Of a stretch of DNA of 64,000 nucleotides, positions 11,426 to 22,165 are shown piece after piece. Every line of letters starts with the position of its first letter. The stretch's first letter is position 1. Source of the stretch: an uncultured Nitrososphaerales archaeon (GTDB lineage: Archaea; Thermoproteota; Nitrososphaeria; Nitrososphaerales; Nitrososphaeraceae); NCBI GenBank assembly GCA_963713605.1, contig CAVQMO010000003.1, forward strand, positions 256,001 through 320,000, in the 5' to 3' direction. A model generated the notes under the pieces. That model searched no databases and was not told the origin of the DNA. It was given only the letters and a program-made list of their open reading frames with translations. A program made the translations under genes and the position numbers.

Positions 11426-12037
11426 AAGAAATTATAGTTAAGCAGAGATAAATACATAATCATTTCGTTCATTGAAATAATTCCAAGGTGAGTCACTGAG
11501 TCTTCGTAGTCAAGGTAATTACTACAAGACGATCATAAATATTTCTGTCAAAATTTTTAGCCCTTCTCATATTGCACTTATTTGAATGACTTTTTGAAAT
11601 AAATGTTTCAGATTTTGATCAGGTGGGCGGAAACAAGATTATCTACTCTATCAGCAAGCCTCTTATAATCCATATCAATGTAGCCCCCTCTCTGAGTCAT
11701 TGAGTATGTATAACAACCAAATCATCGGGCTCTAGTTAAATTGAAGAATTCTGATCCAGAATATAGCTAACCAAAATGTGATTTATAACAGGTTGGTTGC
11801 CAAAAAACTAAAAGAGAGCCAATGGCAATATTACATTTACATTTATGATTGTCTTCTTAATAATTCTCATCATGTATTTTCACAATTTCAACATCTAATA
11901 TTCTCGTAAATAGTACATACATTGAATAGTGAATAAGTATGCATAAAGATAGAAGTGTCTTTATATGAAGAGATAAGGCAAGGGCACAACTAGAGCAACA
12001 GTTCGCAATAAAAGTGAATACTTCTAGATGGTCGATT

Positions 12038-12826
12038 TTAACCAGCGATGATTGTTTCAGTTCCGATGATTTCTTCACAATCCCCTGCATTATCATCATT
12101 CTCTGTTACATTGAAGTCTATTACCACATCTGTTCCTTCACCACAATCAAAGTAATCAGCTCCAGCACTGCCGATTAGAATATCGTCTCCCTCACTACCA
12201 TACAATTTATCATTACCCTCATCTCCAACCAAATAGTCATCATCAAGTCCTCCTACTATTACGTCATTGTCTTCTCTGCCGAAGATCTGGTCACTTCCAA
12301 TCCCTCCTTGGAGTATATCATTTCCTGCATCGCCATATGATTTGTCAGAGTCTTCGTTTCCTTGGATTTTGTCGTTCCCTCCTTCGCCATTTATCGTATC
12401 GGTACCCAAAAGGCCAATAATTATGTCATTCCCACTAGTACCAGAAATACGGTCACCTCCGAAGGATCCGGTGATGAGATTTTCTTGAGAAGTATTATTG
12501 TCATTACTATTATCTTGCACTAATGATGAAGTAGAAGTGGGTGATGTATCCACATTGTCATTTTCTGTTTCAGAACCAGATTCTATCACCCTCCCTGAAG
12601 ACGATGAAGTTGATGACGCCGAGGAGGGAGTGGATACCCTTTGTCCCTCTTGTGATGATGGTCCTGAAGATGATTGTTGCTGTTGTTCTTGTTGAACCTG
12701 CGCATGAATTGGCCATGCTAATGCCATTATGCTCAGGGGCATCAATATCACTACTATTGCCAATATCACAAATATATTAACTGTAACAAAAGAATGGCCC
12801 AACCCATTATCAATTATATTCTTCAT
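12038..12826 (-). CDS. secreted RTX/hemolysin-type calcium-binding repeat protein
   Basis: Signal/TM segment, Ser/Gln linker, repeated G-x-x-G-x-D-x-I/L nonapeptides, FDCGEGTDVVIDF end. Confidence 0.85.
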   Translation of the reverse strand: MKNIIDNGLGHSFVTVNIFVILAIVVILMPLSIMALAWPIHAQVQQEQQQQSSSGPSSQEGQRVSTPSSASSTSSSSGRVIESGSETENDNVDTSPTSTSSLVQDNSNDNNTSQENLITGSFGGDRISGTSGNDIIIGLLGTDTINGEGGNDKIQGNEDSDKSYGDAGNDILQGGIGSDQIFGREDNDVIVGGLDDDYLVGDEGNDKLYGSEGDDILIGSAGADYFDCGEGTDVVIDFNVTENDDNAGDCEEIIGTETIIAG

Positions 12827-13225
12827 CCCTCATATAGTAACAAAAGAACAGATATATAACATATTACTGTCCCAATTTGGTGCATTGGACACTGTAAACA
12901 CCAAGTATAATGTGCTTCTACATAACAATAGTTTTTAAGTTCTTGAATACTAACATTAACAAGAATTATCTACATGATTGGATGACGATTATAGTTATAA
13001 CTTGTCCTAGACTTCAGTCATGTTTCGCTCTTTCTGCCGATTTAATTGACAATTTATTAATCTTCAATACGGTAATTGCCGAAATTAGTATGTCATATAA
13101 ATTCCAAAAAACACTCCGTTGAAAAGTATCTATATAGATAACATACATTCACTTTTTATCTGCAAGAAAATCCATTATCAATTGTAAAAATAGATAAATA
13201 TAATATCGAACCTTATGTAATTGAA

Positions 13226-13798
13226 ATGAAAGCAAAGATTTTGGCGACGACCGTGATAGTTACGGCCGCTTTGTTAGCCATAACGAATTTGACGACCTTT
13301 ACACCTGGGCAAGGGGTTAATGCGCAGAAGTCAATGATGGGCGACTATGGTGGAGAGGGAAATATGACCTCCGGTCACCAACAGAAGATGAGTATGATCA
13401 ATGGATCAATTAATCTTGAACAAACTATTTTTGAAGCAATTGGTTCTAAGGTTAATACAACACTCACTCAAGCAATAACCACTGCAGAGCAATCAGTAGG
13501 TAATAACTCATTTGCATTGGCAGCATATGGTGGCGATCATGACGGATTCTTGGCCTTTACGATTCTCCTGAGTACGCCTGATATGGAATTCTATAAGGTT
13601 ATAGTAGATCCGGGAACCGGACAAGTATTAGCATCAGGGGAGGTATCTCACATGGAATGGATGAGAATGCAGCAAATGATGCATAGCAGAAGTGCAGGTG
13701 GGGAAGGCATGATGATGATGGGACCGGACGGAATGATGGGACCGGACGGAATGATGGGACCGGACGGAATGATGGGGCATGAAGGAATGATGAAATAA
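13226..13798 (+). CDS. secreted PepSY-like, Met-rich protein
   Basis: Signal peptide; TLTQAITTAEQSV..KVIVDPGTGQVL (PepSY-like); C-terminal (GPDGMM)x3. Confidence 0.75.
   Translation: MKAKILATTVIVTAALLAITNLTTFTPGQGVNAQKSMMGDYGGEGNMTSGHQQKMSMINGSINLEQTIFEAIGSKVNTTLTQAITTAEQSVGNNSFALAAYGGDHDGFLAFTILLSTPDMEFYKVIVDPGTGQVLASGEVSHMEWMRMQQMMHSRSAGGEGMMMMGPDGMMGPDGMMGPDGMMGHEGMMK
13714..13777 (+). repeat. 18-bp coding tandem repeat (ATGATGGGACCGGACGGA)x3
   Basis: Directly visible; encodes MMGPDG repeats. Confidence 0.85.
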
Positions 13799-13964
13799 GA
13801 TACGGTATCGAGGAAAGGTAGTAATAGATATACAGGAAAGTATTACACACTCTGAAGGGTGATGTTCTTATCAGAACTCCCCACAATTTTAATTTAATTC
13901 TGGGAATCGAGCATCGGCATGGAAATCAACCCCAATATTGGGAAGTCACATTCGCCTTTCCATT

Positions 13965-14156
13965 TTAGTTACAATAGAAGAATGAAAAAAATGTATTGTT
14001 GCAACTACCATACACACTCCTAAGCTTCCTAAATATGTTCAAACATTCATAAGAATCAAAAACGTATTTTCTATCATCTGCTCGTATCCTGCTACTCATA
14101 TCTTTTTCTACTTTTTCAATGAATTGCCTCTTGAAAGCTTGATTTTCGTAGAGCAT
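13965..14156 (-). pseudogene. possible TRASH/YHS-like domain relic
   Basis: KYVFDSYECLNIFRKLRSVYG resembles the F-D/C-S-x-x-C TRASH tail; N-terminal CxxC not intact. Confidence 0.35.
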
Positions 14157-14470
14157 ATTCTAGACCTCTTTTTTCTTACATCTTCTTTTTTTAAGCCCCA
14201 TGAAACTAGAGCACCCGAGCTCTGTACAGTGTAATAAATGAAATCTAATGCATCATATCAACCTGTGACTTTAATTTTGTCCAGCAATAGTCAAAGCATA
14301 GGTACTGCACGCATGATTTATAATAAGTAACTAGCCAGGATAGCCTGGTTGTTGCAGTTATCTTTGTTCCTATTGGTTTTGATATTATCATCATCTGATC
14401 ATCATCATCATCTGCATCATCATCATCATCTGCATCATTGTTGTTGTTGTTCTTGGAGGTTAAGAAGTAA

Positions 14471-14953
14471 CTGGAGTTCAAATCAGAAGAAGTTAATGAA
14501 TACAATTCTCCAAAAGGGTACTATAGTTGGAAGCAAATAGAATTACTAGTAAAAAAAGTCGCTAATAAAATACTAGATTCGAACAAAAGGTACGATGCTA
14601 TTCTGGGAATTACAAACGGGGGAATCATTCCAGCCAGATTAATTGCACGTGAACTTGATATTAATCACATTTTATTTATACCTGTAAGAAGTAAAAAGCT
14701 ACATAAAGAGGAGATGTCTCCATTGTTCGATAGCAAAAAATATCTTGTAGTTGACGATATTTATGATACTGGAAATACGTATTCTGTTGTTTCTAACGAA
14801 GTGGGAAAATTTGATTGTGATTTTGCATTTCTAGTGAGAAGATTTGAAGCTAAAGTTGGTGATGGTGGAGATGCATTTGTCGGAGAAATATTGAACCATA
14901 AGAAGTGGATTGTATTCCCATGGGAACGAAAAACGGATGATGTACATGGATAA
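14471..14953 (+). CDS. purine phosphoribosyltransferase (type I PRT)
   Basis: Frame open upstream of 14714: YSWKQIELL..ILGITNGGIIPARLIA; PRPP motif YLVVDDIYDTGNT; WIVFPWE; start uncertain (CTG at 14471). Confidence 0.85.
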   Translation: MEFKSEEVNEYNSPKGYYSWKQIELLVKKVANKILDSNKRYDAILGITNGGIIPARLIARELDINHILFIPVRSKKLHKEEMSPLFDSKKYLVVDDIYDTGNTYSVVSNEVGKFDCDFAFLVRRFEAKVGDGGDAFVGEILNHKKWIVFPWERKTDDVHG

Positions 14954-15017
14954 CAGCATCACTTTGAGTTTCTTGTAATGTTTATAACATAGGGATTAAA
15001 TTTATCACTATCCTCAT

Positions 15018-16921
15018 ATGCGATACTCTAATTCTGAAAAGAGCGAAAATTCAAGATTGCATGGAACATTCGAAGCCAACATTAAAGATCGTTACGGCAA
15101 TGAGACTGATGAGATTGCAGACCTGAAAAGAAAGATCAGTCTAGCTAAAGGCAAAAAAAGGTCGACTTGGTAATAAAAAATGCTAGATTAGTAAACGTTT
15201 TTTCTGGAGATATCCATCAAACTGATGTTGCCATAGCGAACGGAATATTTGTGGGAGTTGGAGAAGGGTATGACAATGCTAGACGGTCATATGATGCTCA
15301 TGGAAGATATATGTGTCCTGGGCTTGTTGATGGCCATATACATATAGAGTCCACTTTTCTATCTCCGATCGAGTTTTGTAGTGTAGTAGCATTACATGGA
15401 ACCTCAACAGTAATATGCGATCCTCATGAGATAGCAAATGTATTTGGTCGGGCTGGATTGGACTACCTTCTGAGTTCAAGTATGAACCTACCTGTCAAGG
15501 TTTATCTTATGATGCCCTCGTGTGTCCCAGCAACAAGCATGGAAACATCTGGGGCCACTATTCTTCCAACAGATATACATGATTACTTACAGCGTTATCC
15601 GAACCGAGTTATCGGATTGGCAGAAATGATGAATTATCCAGGAGTCTTACTTGAGGATACACAGGTCATAACTAAGCTAATTCGGCAGGCTCAAGGCCTA
15701 AGGACGGACACGCTCCACTCCTCTATGGCAAATCGCTTGATGCCTATGTTATAGCCGGATTGGGAAGCGATCATGAATGCACAACAGCAAAAGAAGCTAA
15801 GGAAAAGTTGCGCAAAGGTATGCATATTATGGTGAGACAGGGAGCTCATGAAAAGAATCTTAAAGACCTCCTTCCTTTAGTTAACGAATTCAACAGCTCC
15901 CATTTCAGCCTTGTTTCAGATGATCGTGACCCGATAGACTTGAAGGAAAATGGACACATTGATTATTTAGTTCGTATGTGTATTTCGTTAGGGCTGGCTC
16001 CAATTAGAGCAATTCGGATGGCATCCATTAATACTGCCAGATATTTTGGGTTAAATTATGTGGGTGCAATAGCCCCAGGATTTAAGGCAGATTTTATATT
16101 ATTAAATGATTTGAAATTGTTTACCATCTCCCAAGTTTTTCTTGATGGCAGTGAAGTAGGAAACGTTGATGCTATCAGAAACGACAATAATTATTTAATC
16201 GATAAGAGTTCACTTTCTTTTTCATCTGTTTTGGAAGAAAATTCAATGCACATCAAAAATCTCGAAAATCCTAATATGTTTGCAATTTACGCAGATTCAA
16301 ATGCTGCCTTCATCGTCCTCCTCCTCATCTTCATCGTCATTATTACAAGTAATTGGTGTCGTTCCAGGGCAAATTATTACCCAAAAAAGAGCTCTTCAGG
16401 CAAAGATTGATGGAAAACATGAAGCGATGGCAGATCCAAGCAGAGACTTGGCGAAGCTAGCTGTGATTGAGCGTCATCATAAAACTGGAAATGTGGGACT
16501 GGGTTTTGTTCAAGGATTGGGTTTACAAAGGGGAGCTATAGCAAGCAGTGTAGCCCACGACTCACATAACCTGATAGTTGCTGGAATGAATAATATTGAT
16601 ATGTTGACGGCTGCAAAACATATTTCAGCTATTGGTGGAGGCTTATCAGTAGCCTATAATAACGAGGTTACAGCGAGCCTTCCACTTCCAATAGCAGGAC
16701 TTATCTCGGATTTGCCGATAGAATCGGTAATTTCGAGCCTTGGAGAGCTTAATGAGGCGTGCCTAAAGCTTGGCAGTAATGTTGTAAAAGATCCATTCAT
16801 GCTACTGTCCTTCCTAGCACTCCCCGTTATACCTTCTTTGAAGCTGACAGAAAAGGGATTAGTAGATGTGGATAAATTTCAGTTTACCGATCTGTGGGGA
16901 GACCATAAAAATAATGATTAG
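15018..16921 (+). CDS. ade: adenine deaminase, split by about 3 frameshifts
   Basis: PGLVDGHIHIESTF, DPHEIANV, LAEMMNYPGV, SDHEC, SDDR, IERHH, SSVAHDSHN, LALPVIP across ORFs 15167, 15760 and 16280. Confidence 0.92.
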
Positions 16922-16975
16922 CACTAGGATACAAATTTTGTTCGAGTCTATCTAGAAAGTACAGACAGTTTGTTT

Positions 16976-18110
16976 CTACTTTTCTATACTTATGGTATTA
17001 TTATTGTTAGTATCTCTTTTAAGATTGTTCTTGGTACCACTCTTTTGTCCTGCCATAAGAAATAGCTGATTAGATCTAACTTTATGCTTTATTGATTTTG
17101 CTGGAACTCCTGCAACTATATCTTCATTATCAATATCATTAATTACAGATGCACCACTACCAACGATTACCTTATTTCCAATCTTTACTTTATGTTTTAT
17201 AGTTGAATTCAAACCAGTCCAACACATATCCCCAATCCTAGTACTTCCTCCTATAATAGTTCCCGCTGTCAAGGCAGAATGTCTTCCTATTTCTACATTA
17301 TGAGCTACATGTACCTAGAGCATCAAGCTTGGTTCCCTCTCCAATTATTGTATCAGAAAGTGAACCCCTTGCTATAGAACAATTGGAACAGATCTCTACA
17401 TTATCGCCTAGAACTACTCCTCCAATATGTGGAAATCTTTGCAGCTCTAAACTATCCTCCATCCTCTCATAAGCAAAGCCATCAGCTCCAATAACCGTTC
17501 CAGGCTGTATAATGCAATTCTTGCCAATTCTAGTATTCTGTTCTATAATTACATAATCACCAACAACTGTATTATCTCCTATAATGCATTTATCACCTAT
17601 CTTGGTAAAGTTACCGATAGAGCAATTCTTGCCTATTCTGGCTGATTTCGATATAATTGACGCGAGAGGAGCTACTGCAACTTTATCATCCTGACGGGTT
17701 CTCTTTTTTTTATTTGCAGAGGGAGAATAATAGATTTCATTTATAATTTTCATCATAACCATTCTAGGATTCTTTACAAATACCAAAGATTGTTGCTTTC
17801 CCGATCTAGGATATACCAGGTTCTCCAGCGATTGGTGACAAATAATTATCTTGGCATTTGATTTGGAAATAGCCATTATTGCATTTTCTGCATCATCTGA
17901 AGAACAAAATGATAAATCTTCACTTGAAGCACTTTTGATATCTTTTATGCCATAAATGGTTGTTGAATCAAAATCTTCTTTTGAGCTATAAATAGAATAT
18001 TTAACCCCTAGATTTGAAAGAATAGACACAATACCAAATGATATAGGAAGAATGCCATTACTGTCGCTAATATTACTCAAATGAGGGCTTTGGGAGTGAC
18101 GGCGTGGCAT
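16976..18110 (-). CDS. LpxD-like hexapeptide acyltransferase, frameshift near 17300
   Basis: DLSFC, VKNPR, hexapeptide repeats, VIGADGFAY, FPHIGGV, IARGSLSDTIIGEGTKLD, VAGVPAK. Confidence 0.85.
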
Positions 18111-19034
18111 TTCTTAAAATTACGGTGTACATGTATAACTTGTCTAATATAAGAGCTTAGTTCCATCAATTCTCGCACTGGAAAATTACAACTAAGATGC
18201 TAATCTAATCTTTTGTTGATAAAGTCCAATAAATCTAGGAATAGTTTAGCAGTATCTAATAAATGTAGCTTTAGTTTTCGATCTTTAGAAATAACACTAA
18301 TTTATCACCATTTCACGGAATTTCTAAACTAACAGGAGGATGCAAATAAGCTTAACTAACATAAAATATTCCGATATCACTGGCATCAAATAAAAAAACT
18401 ATGCTATTATTATTTATTCTTTATAGATCCATCGCTTTTCATTTGCTCAGTCTAGCTATCCGCCCCGTGATTTACCTTTTTTTGGGGACAAAACCATCTC
18501 CTGCTTCCGTATAACGAAATCTAATGTCGATCACAACTCTTAACATATTGTATACAAGGCCACATATAGTAATCGATTTTATAAGATTTTAGGCACATCA
18601 TGGTCCGGGTGAGGAGAATGAATCTAGATTCATAGATCAGCCCCTTCTTCCTGAAAATACGGTTGTAAGTCCAGGAACAAATGTGTTTTTGTTCAATGGT
18701 GATGCCGGACATGAGTATAATATCGTAAGAAAAGACAATGCCACTGGCCAGAACCTTTACCAAACAGGAGAATTTAAAGGATTTGAAGCTAGAAATCAGA
18801 TGGTTCTTACAATGGATCTTTCAGCACAGACCGCAGACCTCCAGGGCAGAGGATTATCAATACTCGGTACACATAACTTCAAGGATCTTAGAGGGGGACC
18901 AGAAGGATCGCACTTTCATATATTGTAAACCAAATGGTTTACTATGCATAAATATTTGTAAATTCACAATATATATAAGCCGAATAACTTGCATGACTAG
19001 CAATTGCAGATAATCAGAAGTTCAAATAAATATC

Positions 19035-19193
19035 ATGCCTGGAATACCACCAAGAAACCTCTCTCTAGCCACATTAATTACCAAATATATCAATAGCGTA
19101 AGATCAATGAATCATTCGACAGCAAGACAGTACCAGAATAGATTACAAGATTTCGCTTCCTTTATCGATAAGAGGCACAAGATTAGTATATAA
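19035..19193 (+). pseudogene. N-terminal fragment of a tyrosine recombinase/integrase
   Basis: MPGIPPRNLSLATLITKYINSVRSMNHSTARQYQNRLQDFASFIDKRHKISI* resembles an integrase core-binding (SAM-like) start; no catalytic domain follows. Confidence 0.5.
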
Positions 19194-19208
19194 TGTTTAA
19201 TACGTGGA

Positions 19209-19490
19209 TTGTATTGTCCTATATCAATGTCACAGGATTCTAGAATTGAAAGAAAAAGGAAATTGGAAGAACAACTCAATAGTAAAGTGTCTAACGATTG
19301 GAAGGATTTAGTTGAGAAATCAGATCAGTACATGAAACAAATGCAAGAAAATAATCGCCGATATTATGAACAACAACTAGATAAAGAACTAGATGATATG
19401 GAAAAAGACCTTAAGTCGGGAAATATCATTGGTGCAATGTATCATCGGAATGCTGCTGATACCTACCTCAGGTTACTTAATTTAATGTGA
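19209..19490 (+). CDS. hypothetical helical protein
   Basis: 93-aa ORF with protein-like charged composition. Confidence 0.5.
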   Translation: MYCPISMSQDSRIERKRKLEEQLNSKVSNDWKDLVEKSDQYMKQMQENNRRYYEQQLDKELDDMEKDLKSGNIIGAMYHRNAADTYLRLLNLM

Positions 19491-19517
19491 CTTCTCTCTC
19501 TAGGGAAATGATATCCA

Positions 19518-19832
19518 ATGATATTATTTGGTAAAAAACACCTTCATGCTTCTGAAAGCGATCAATTTGCGGATAGCCTATTGAAATTTTTGAAAGTTAC
19601 ATCAGGCTCTGTAAAACTAGAAGCAGCAAATCAACCCGTATTGAAAATTGAAATAGGTAGAACTAATCATGTCGAAAGTGATGCCATTAATAGAACTATA
19701 ATAAAACTGGATTTATTAGAACCCAATTTCTTAGGCGTCCCAGATGACCAAACCAGTATATTTGATAAGTTAAGAACCGCTACTGAATTTGCAGAAAATC
19801 TTACAGATTTGGCAATATACATAAGAGGATAG
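19518..19832 (+). CDS. hypothetical protein, probably 3'-truncated
   Basis: 104-aa ORF with normal composition. Confidence 0.45.
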   Translation: MILFGKKHLHASESDQFADSLLKFLKVTSGSVKLEAANQPVLKIEIGRTNHVESDAINRTIIKLDLLEPNFLGVPDDQTSIFDKLRTATEFAENLTDLAIYIRG

Positions 19833-20050
19833 TTGTATTTAAGCGAGATAAGAAAAACTGTTACGCGGAGTCGTCTTTTCTCTTCGAGTGAACGCTTGAA
19901 ACTTTATTCATTGTCTTTTGGACACAATTCAAGCAGATCCTTATACATACCAAAAAAAACTTATGGTGTATGGCCAGTATGTACCTATGGCTAGTGCCAC
20001 ATGTTGGCCCCATATTCTTCTGCCATGCGCTTCAACTATCCACTTGCAAT

Positions 20051-20082
20051 AAAAAAACCCCTGACCTGTTCCGGCGTCAGGG
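20051..20082 (-). terminator. hairpin plus T-run terminator-like structure
   Basis: CCCTGAC(20059-65)/GTCAGGG(20076-82) stem adjacent to an A7 tract (T7 on minus strand). Confidence 0.45.
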
Positions 20083-20350
20083 CCTCTATTGAATTTCTGA
20101 ATCAATCTTGGAGATATTTCGTGAGGGATACCAGGAGATATAATATCAAAAGGTTTGGACGATATACTTCACAACAGTCCCTCCTAATTTTTTCTCCTGC
20201 ATTTTTACAGTAACAGTAATAGTAATAAACACAGCAGACACGGAATTACTTAAGACAACTCAGATGATAATTATTCTTGTATTATCACTTTTGGTTAATA
20301 TAATTAATCACCTGTCATTCCACGTGATACCTAATCTGACATCTAAGGAA

Positions 20351-20459
20351 GTGTGGGTGGAAGTGGGGGTAGTTCAGGAGGTGATTCTGGTGTAACTGTT
20401 GGTTAGTACTTGACTAAGAGTAACAGAATCACCGATCATCCTCTGTGCGAACGGGGATG
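20351..20459 (+). ncRNA. candidate structured element (two hairpins after an IS200/IS605-end-like motif)
   Basis: GGTGATTCTG(20380-89)/CAGAATCACC(20424-33) 10-bp stem; CATCC..GCGA..GGATG hairpin with GNRA loop (20437-59); upstream AAGTGGGGGTAGTTCA. Confidence 0.35.
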
Positions 20460-20797
20460 CTCGAACAAAGGTACCTTCCTTATATTGGATGAAACTATTC
20501 CAGTGCATATCAAAATTGACATGGAATTGCAAACCACTTATTAACGGGCATTCATATCCGGCTAAGAATTAAATTATTTTAAACGATGTTGCTTATTAGA
20601 TAGTAAATTCTGGCAAACAAAGCTGTTGGGGCACGTGTGTTGCACAAGCCGTGCCCCTCAGCCCTGTATAGAAAAGAATATGACACTATATCAGTTCAAT
20701 GACTTGACATTGTATAGTAGATGGAGAATCCATAACTTTTTGATGAATGCCACAGTATAAGCCATTTATAATAAGATGAATAAGATCGGAGAAAGAA

Positions 20798-20962
20798 ATG
20801 GCTAAGTTAAAGAAAGATTTTAGGCATGAGATTAAGAAAGTTGCAGAGAATATTGGAGAAGAGATTAAAGAAAATACAGAATTAGCCGAGCATGAAACAG
20901 GTATAGATAACGTAAAGAAAGATGCAAAGTCTGTATTTAATAAAATGAAAGAAACTTTATAA
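20798..20962 (+). CDS. 54-aa LEA-like helical microprotein (not in ORF track)
   Basis: MAKLKKDFRHEIKKVAENIGEEIKENTELAEHETGIDNVKKDAKSVFNKMKETL*; paralog at 53906-54079. Confidence 0.8.
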   Translation: MAKLKKDFRHEIKKVAENIGEEIKENTELAEHETGIDNVKKDAKSVFNKMKETL

Positions 20963-21126
20963 AAACAGAAGTCAATGGGAAATCATATTCCCATCAACTC
21001 TGTCTTGATATGTCTAGTGTTTAATTTAACCCTACAATATTAGATTAAACTGTTATGACTAGAGACTTTCTTCTAGCCAAATTCTAGCCAAAATTGTTAT
21101 ATATGATAAAGTTGATTTGCAATTTG

Positions 21127-21381
21127 ATGATAAGTCAAATATTTTTAGCCATTGGCGTCGCAATCGTTGCGTCGGTATTGGTGACTGGACTTGCATCCAC
21201 TATTTATGCACAGTCAAATATGACTGGTGGAAACATGACTGGTGGAAACATGACTGGTGGAAACATGAGTATGCCGATTGCTGGAACCACAGGTGATGGT
21301 GGAAGCGACAACGGTGATGGAGATGATGGAAACGGTGATGGCGATGGAGACGGAGACGGTGAGGGCGGAGGAAATAATTAG
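21127..21381 (+). CDS. small secreted low-complexity protein (NMTGG repeats, Gly/Asp tail)
   Basis: Signal peptide ending IYA-Q, (NMTGG)x3 encoded by a 15-bp repeat, then a T-rich terminator. Confidence 0.75.
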   Translation: MISQIFLAIGVAIVASVLVTGLASTIYAQSNMTGGNMTGGNMTGGNMSMPIAGTTGDGGSDNGDGDDGNGDGDGDGDGEGGGNN

Positions 21382-21604
21382 TAAACATTTATTTTAATTC
21401 CTGAAACACGTTTATGACTTTTTATTTTTTTTAAGCTTCATCTGATCTACTTTAAGAATAGATCTACAATCAAAATTAGAATGACTCATATTAATTTGGC
21501 CAAAGTTCCAAGCTATTCAAATTTATTTATAGTCTCATTTGTTGAGAGTTTAAGCATAGGCTCAAAAGATCCAAAAATCTTCGCCACTAACACTAATCAC
21601 TGGA

Positions 21605-22020
21605 GTGTCATTTAGAAAGTCGCCAAATGCTATCCATTTCGTGGATCCTGCTGATATCGACAGTAGAAGAGATGGATTTAAGAACGATTTGTTAAAGCTT
21701 GCTTCTTTTGTTGATATTTTAAGTCTAAATGAAAATGAAGGTAGGTCCTTGAGGAAGGCCTCAGGATTCTCTTCTTTATTGCCGACCAGTAGTTATGATG
21801 GTAACGACTTGAAAAACGCCGCAAAGAAACTTTCGTCTAAATTCAGAATGTCTTGAAATCCATACTAACAAGGGAGACGTCATGATCTGATGGATCAGGG
21901 ACGTCTTATGTTAATTCTATAAAAGTCAAGCAAATACGCTTACGGGTGCAGGAGATTCCTGGGATGCCGCAAATGTCTTGGCATACCTTTTAGAATTAGA
22001 ATCAACTGAAACTTGCTAAT
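21605..22020 (+). pseudogene. PfkB-family carbohydrate kinase fragment
   Basis: FVDPADI, DILSLNENE and downstream TGAGDSWDAA (21942-21971); lacks N-terminus and is interrupted. Confidence 0.7.
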
Positions 22021-22165
22021 TAGTGACTTATGCAAGAAGAGAAACGATGGACTATTGCGTTGTGATGAACCTGATCATCCTGGTTACAAATTTTGTAATT
22101 CCGACTAATGATTAAAAATCTCTTTTTCTAATTTCTAATATATAACACAGACATAACTAGCCAGT

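Noticed and set aside
14245..14540. ORFs with poly-Asp/Asn or poly-His/Cys tracts
   Set aside because: These are translations of an intergenic (ATC)/(GTT) microsatellite and overlap the PRT start
18683..18928. Cupredoxin-like gene
   Set aside because: Only a short N-terminal resemblance (PENTVVSPGTNV..GHEYNI) with no Cys/His/Met ligand loop; too weak to call
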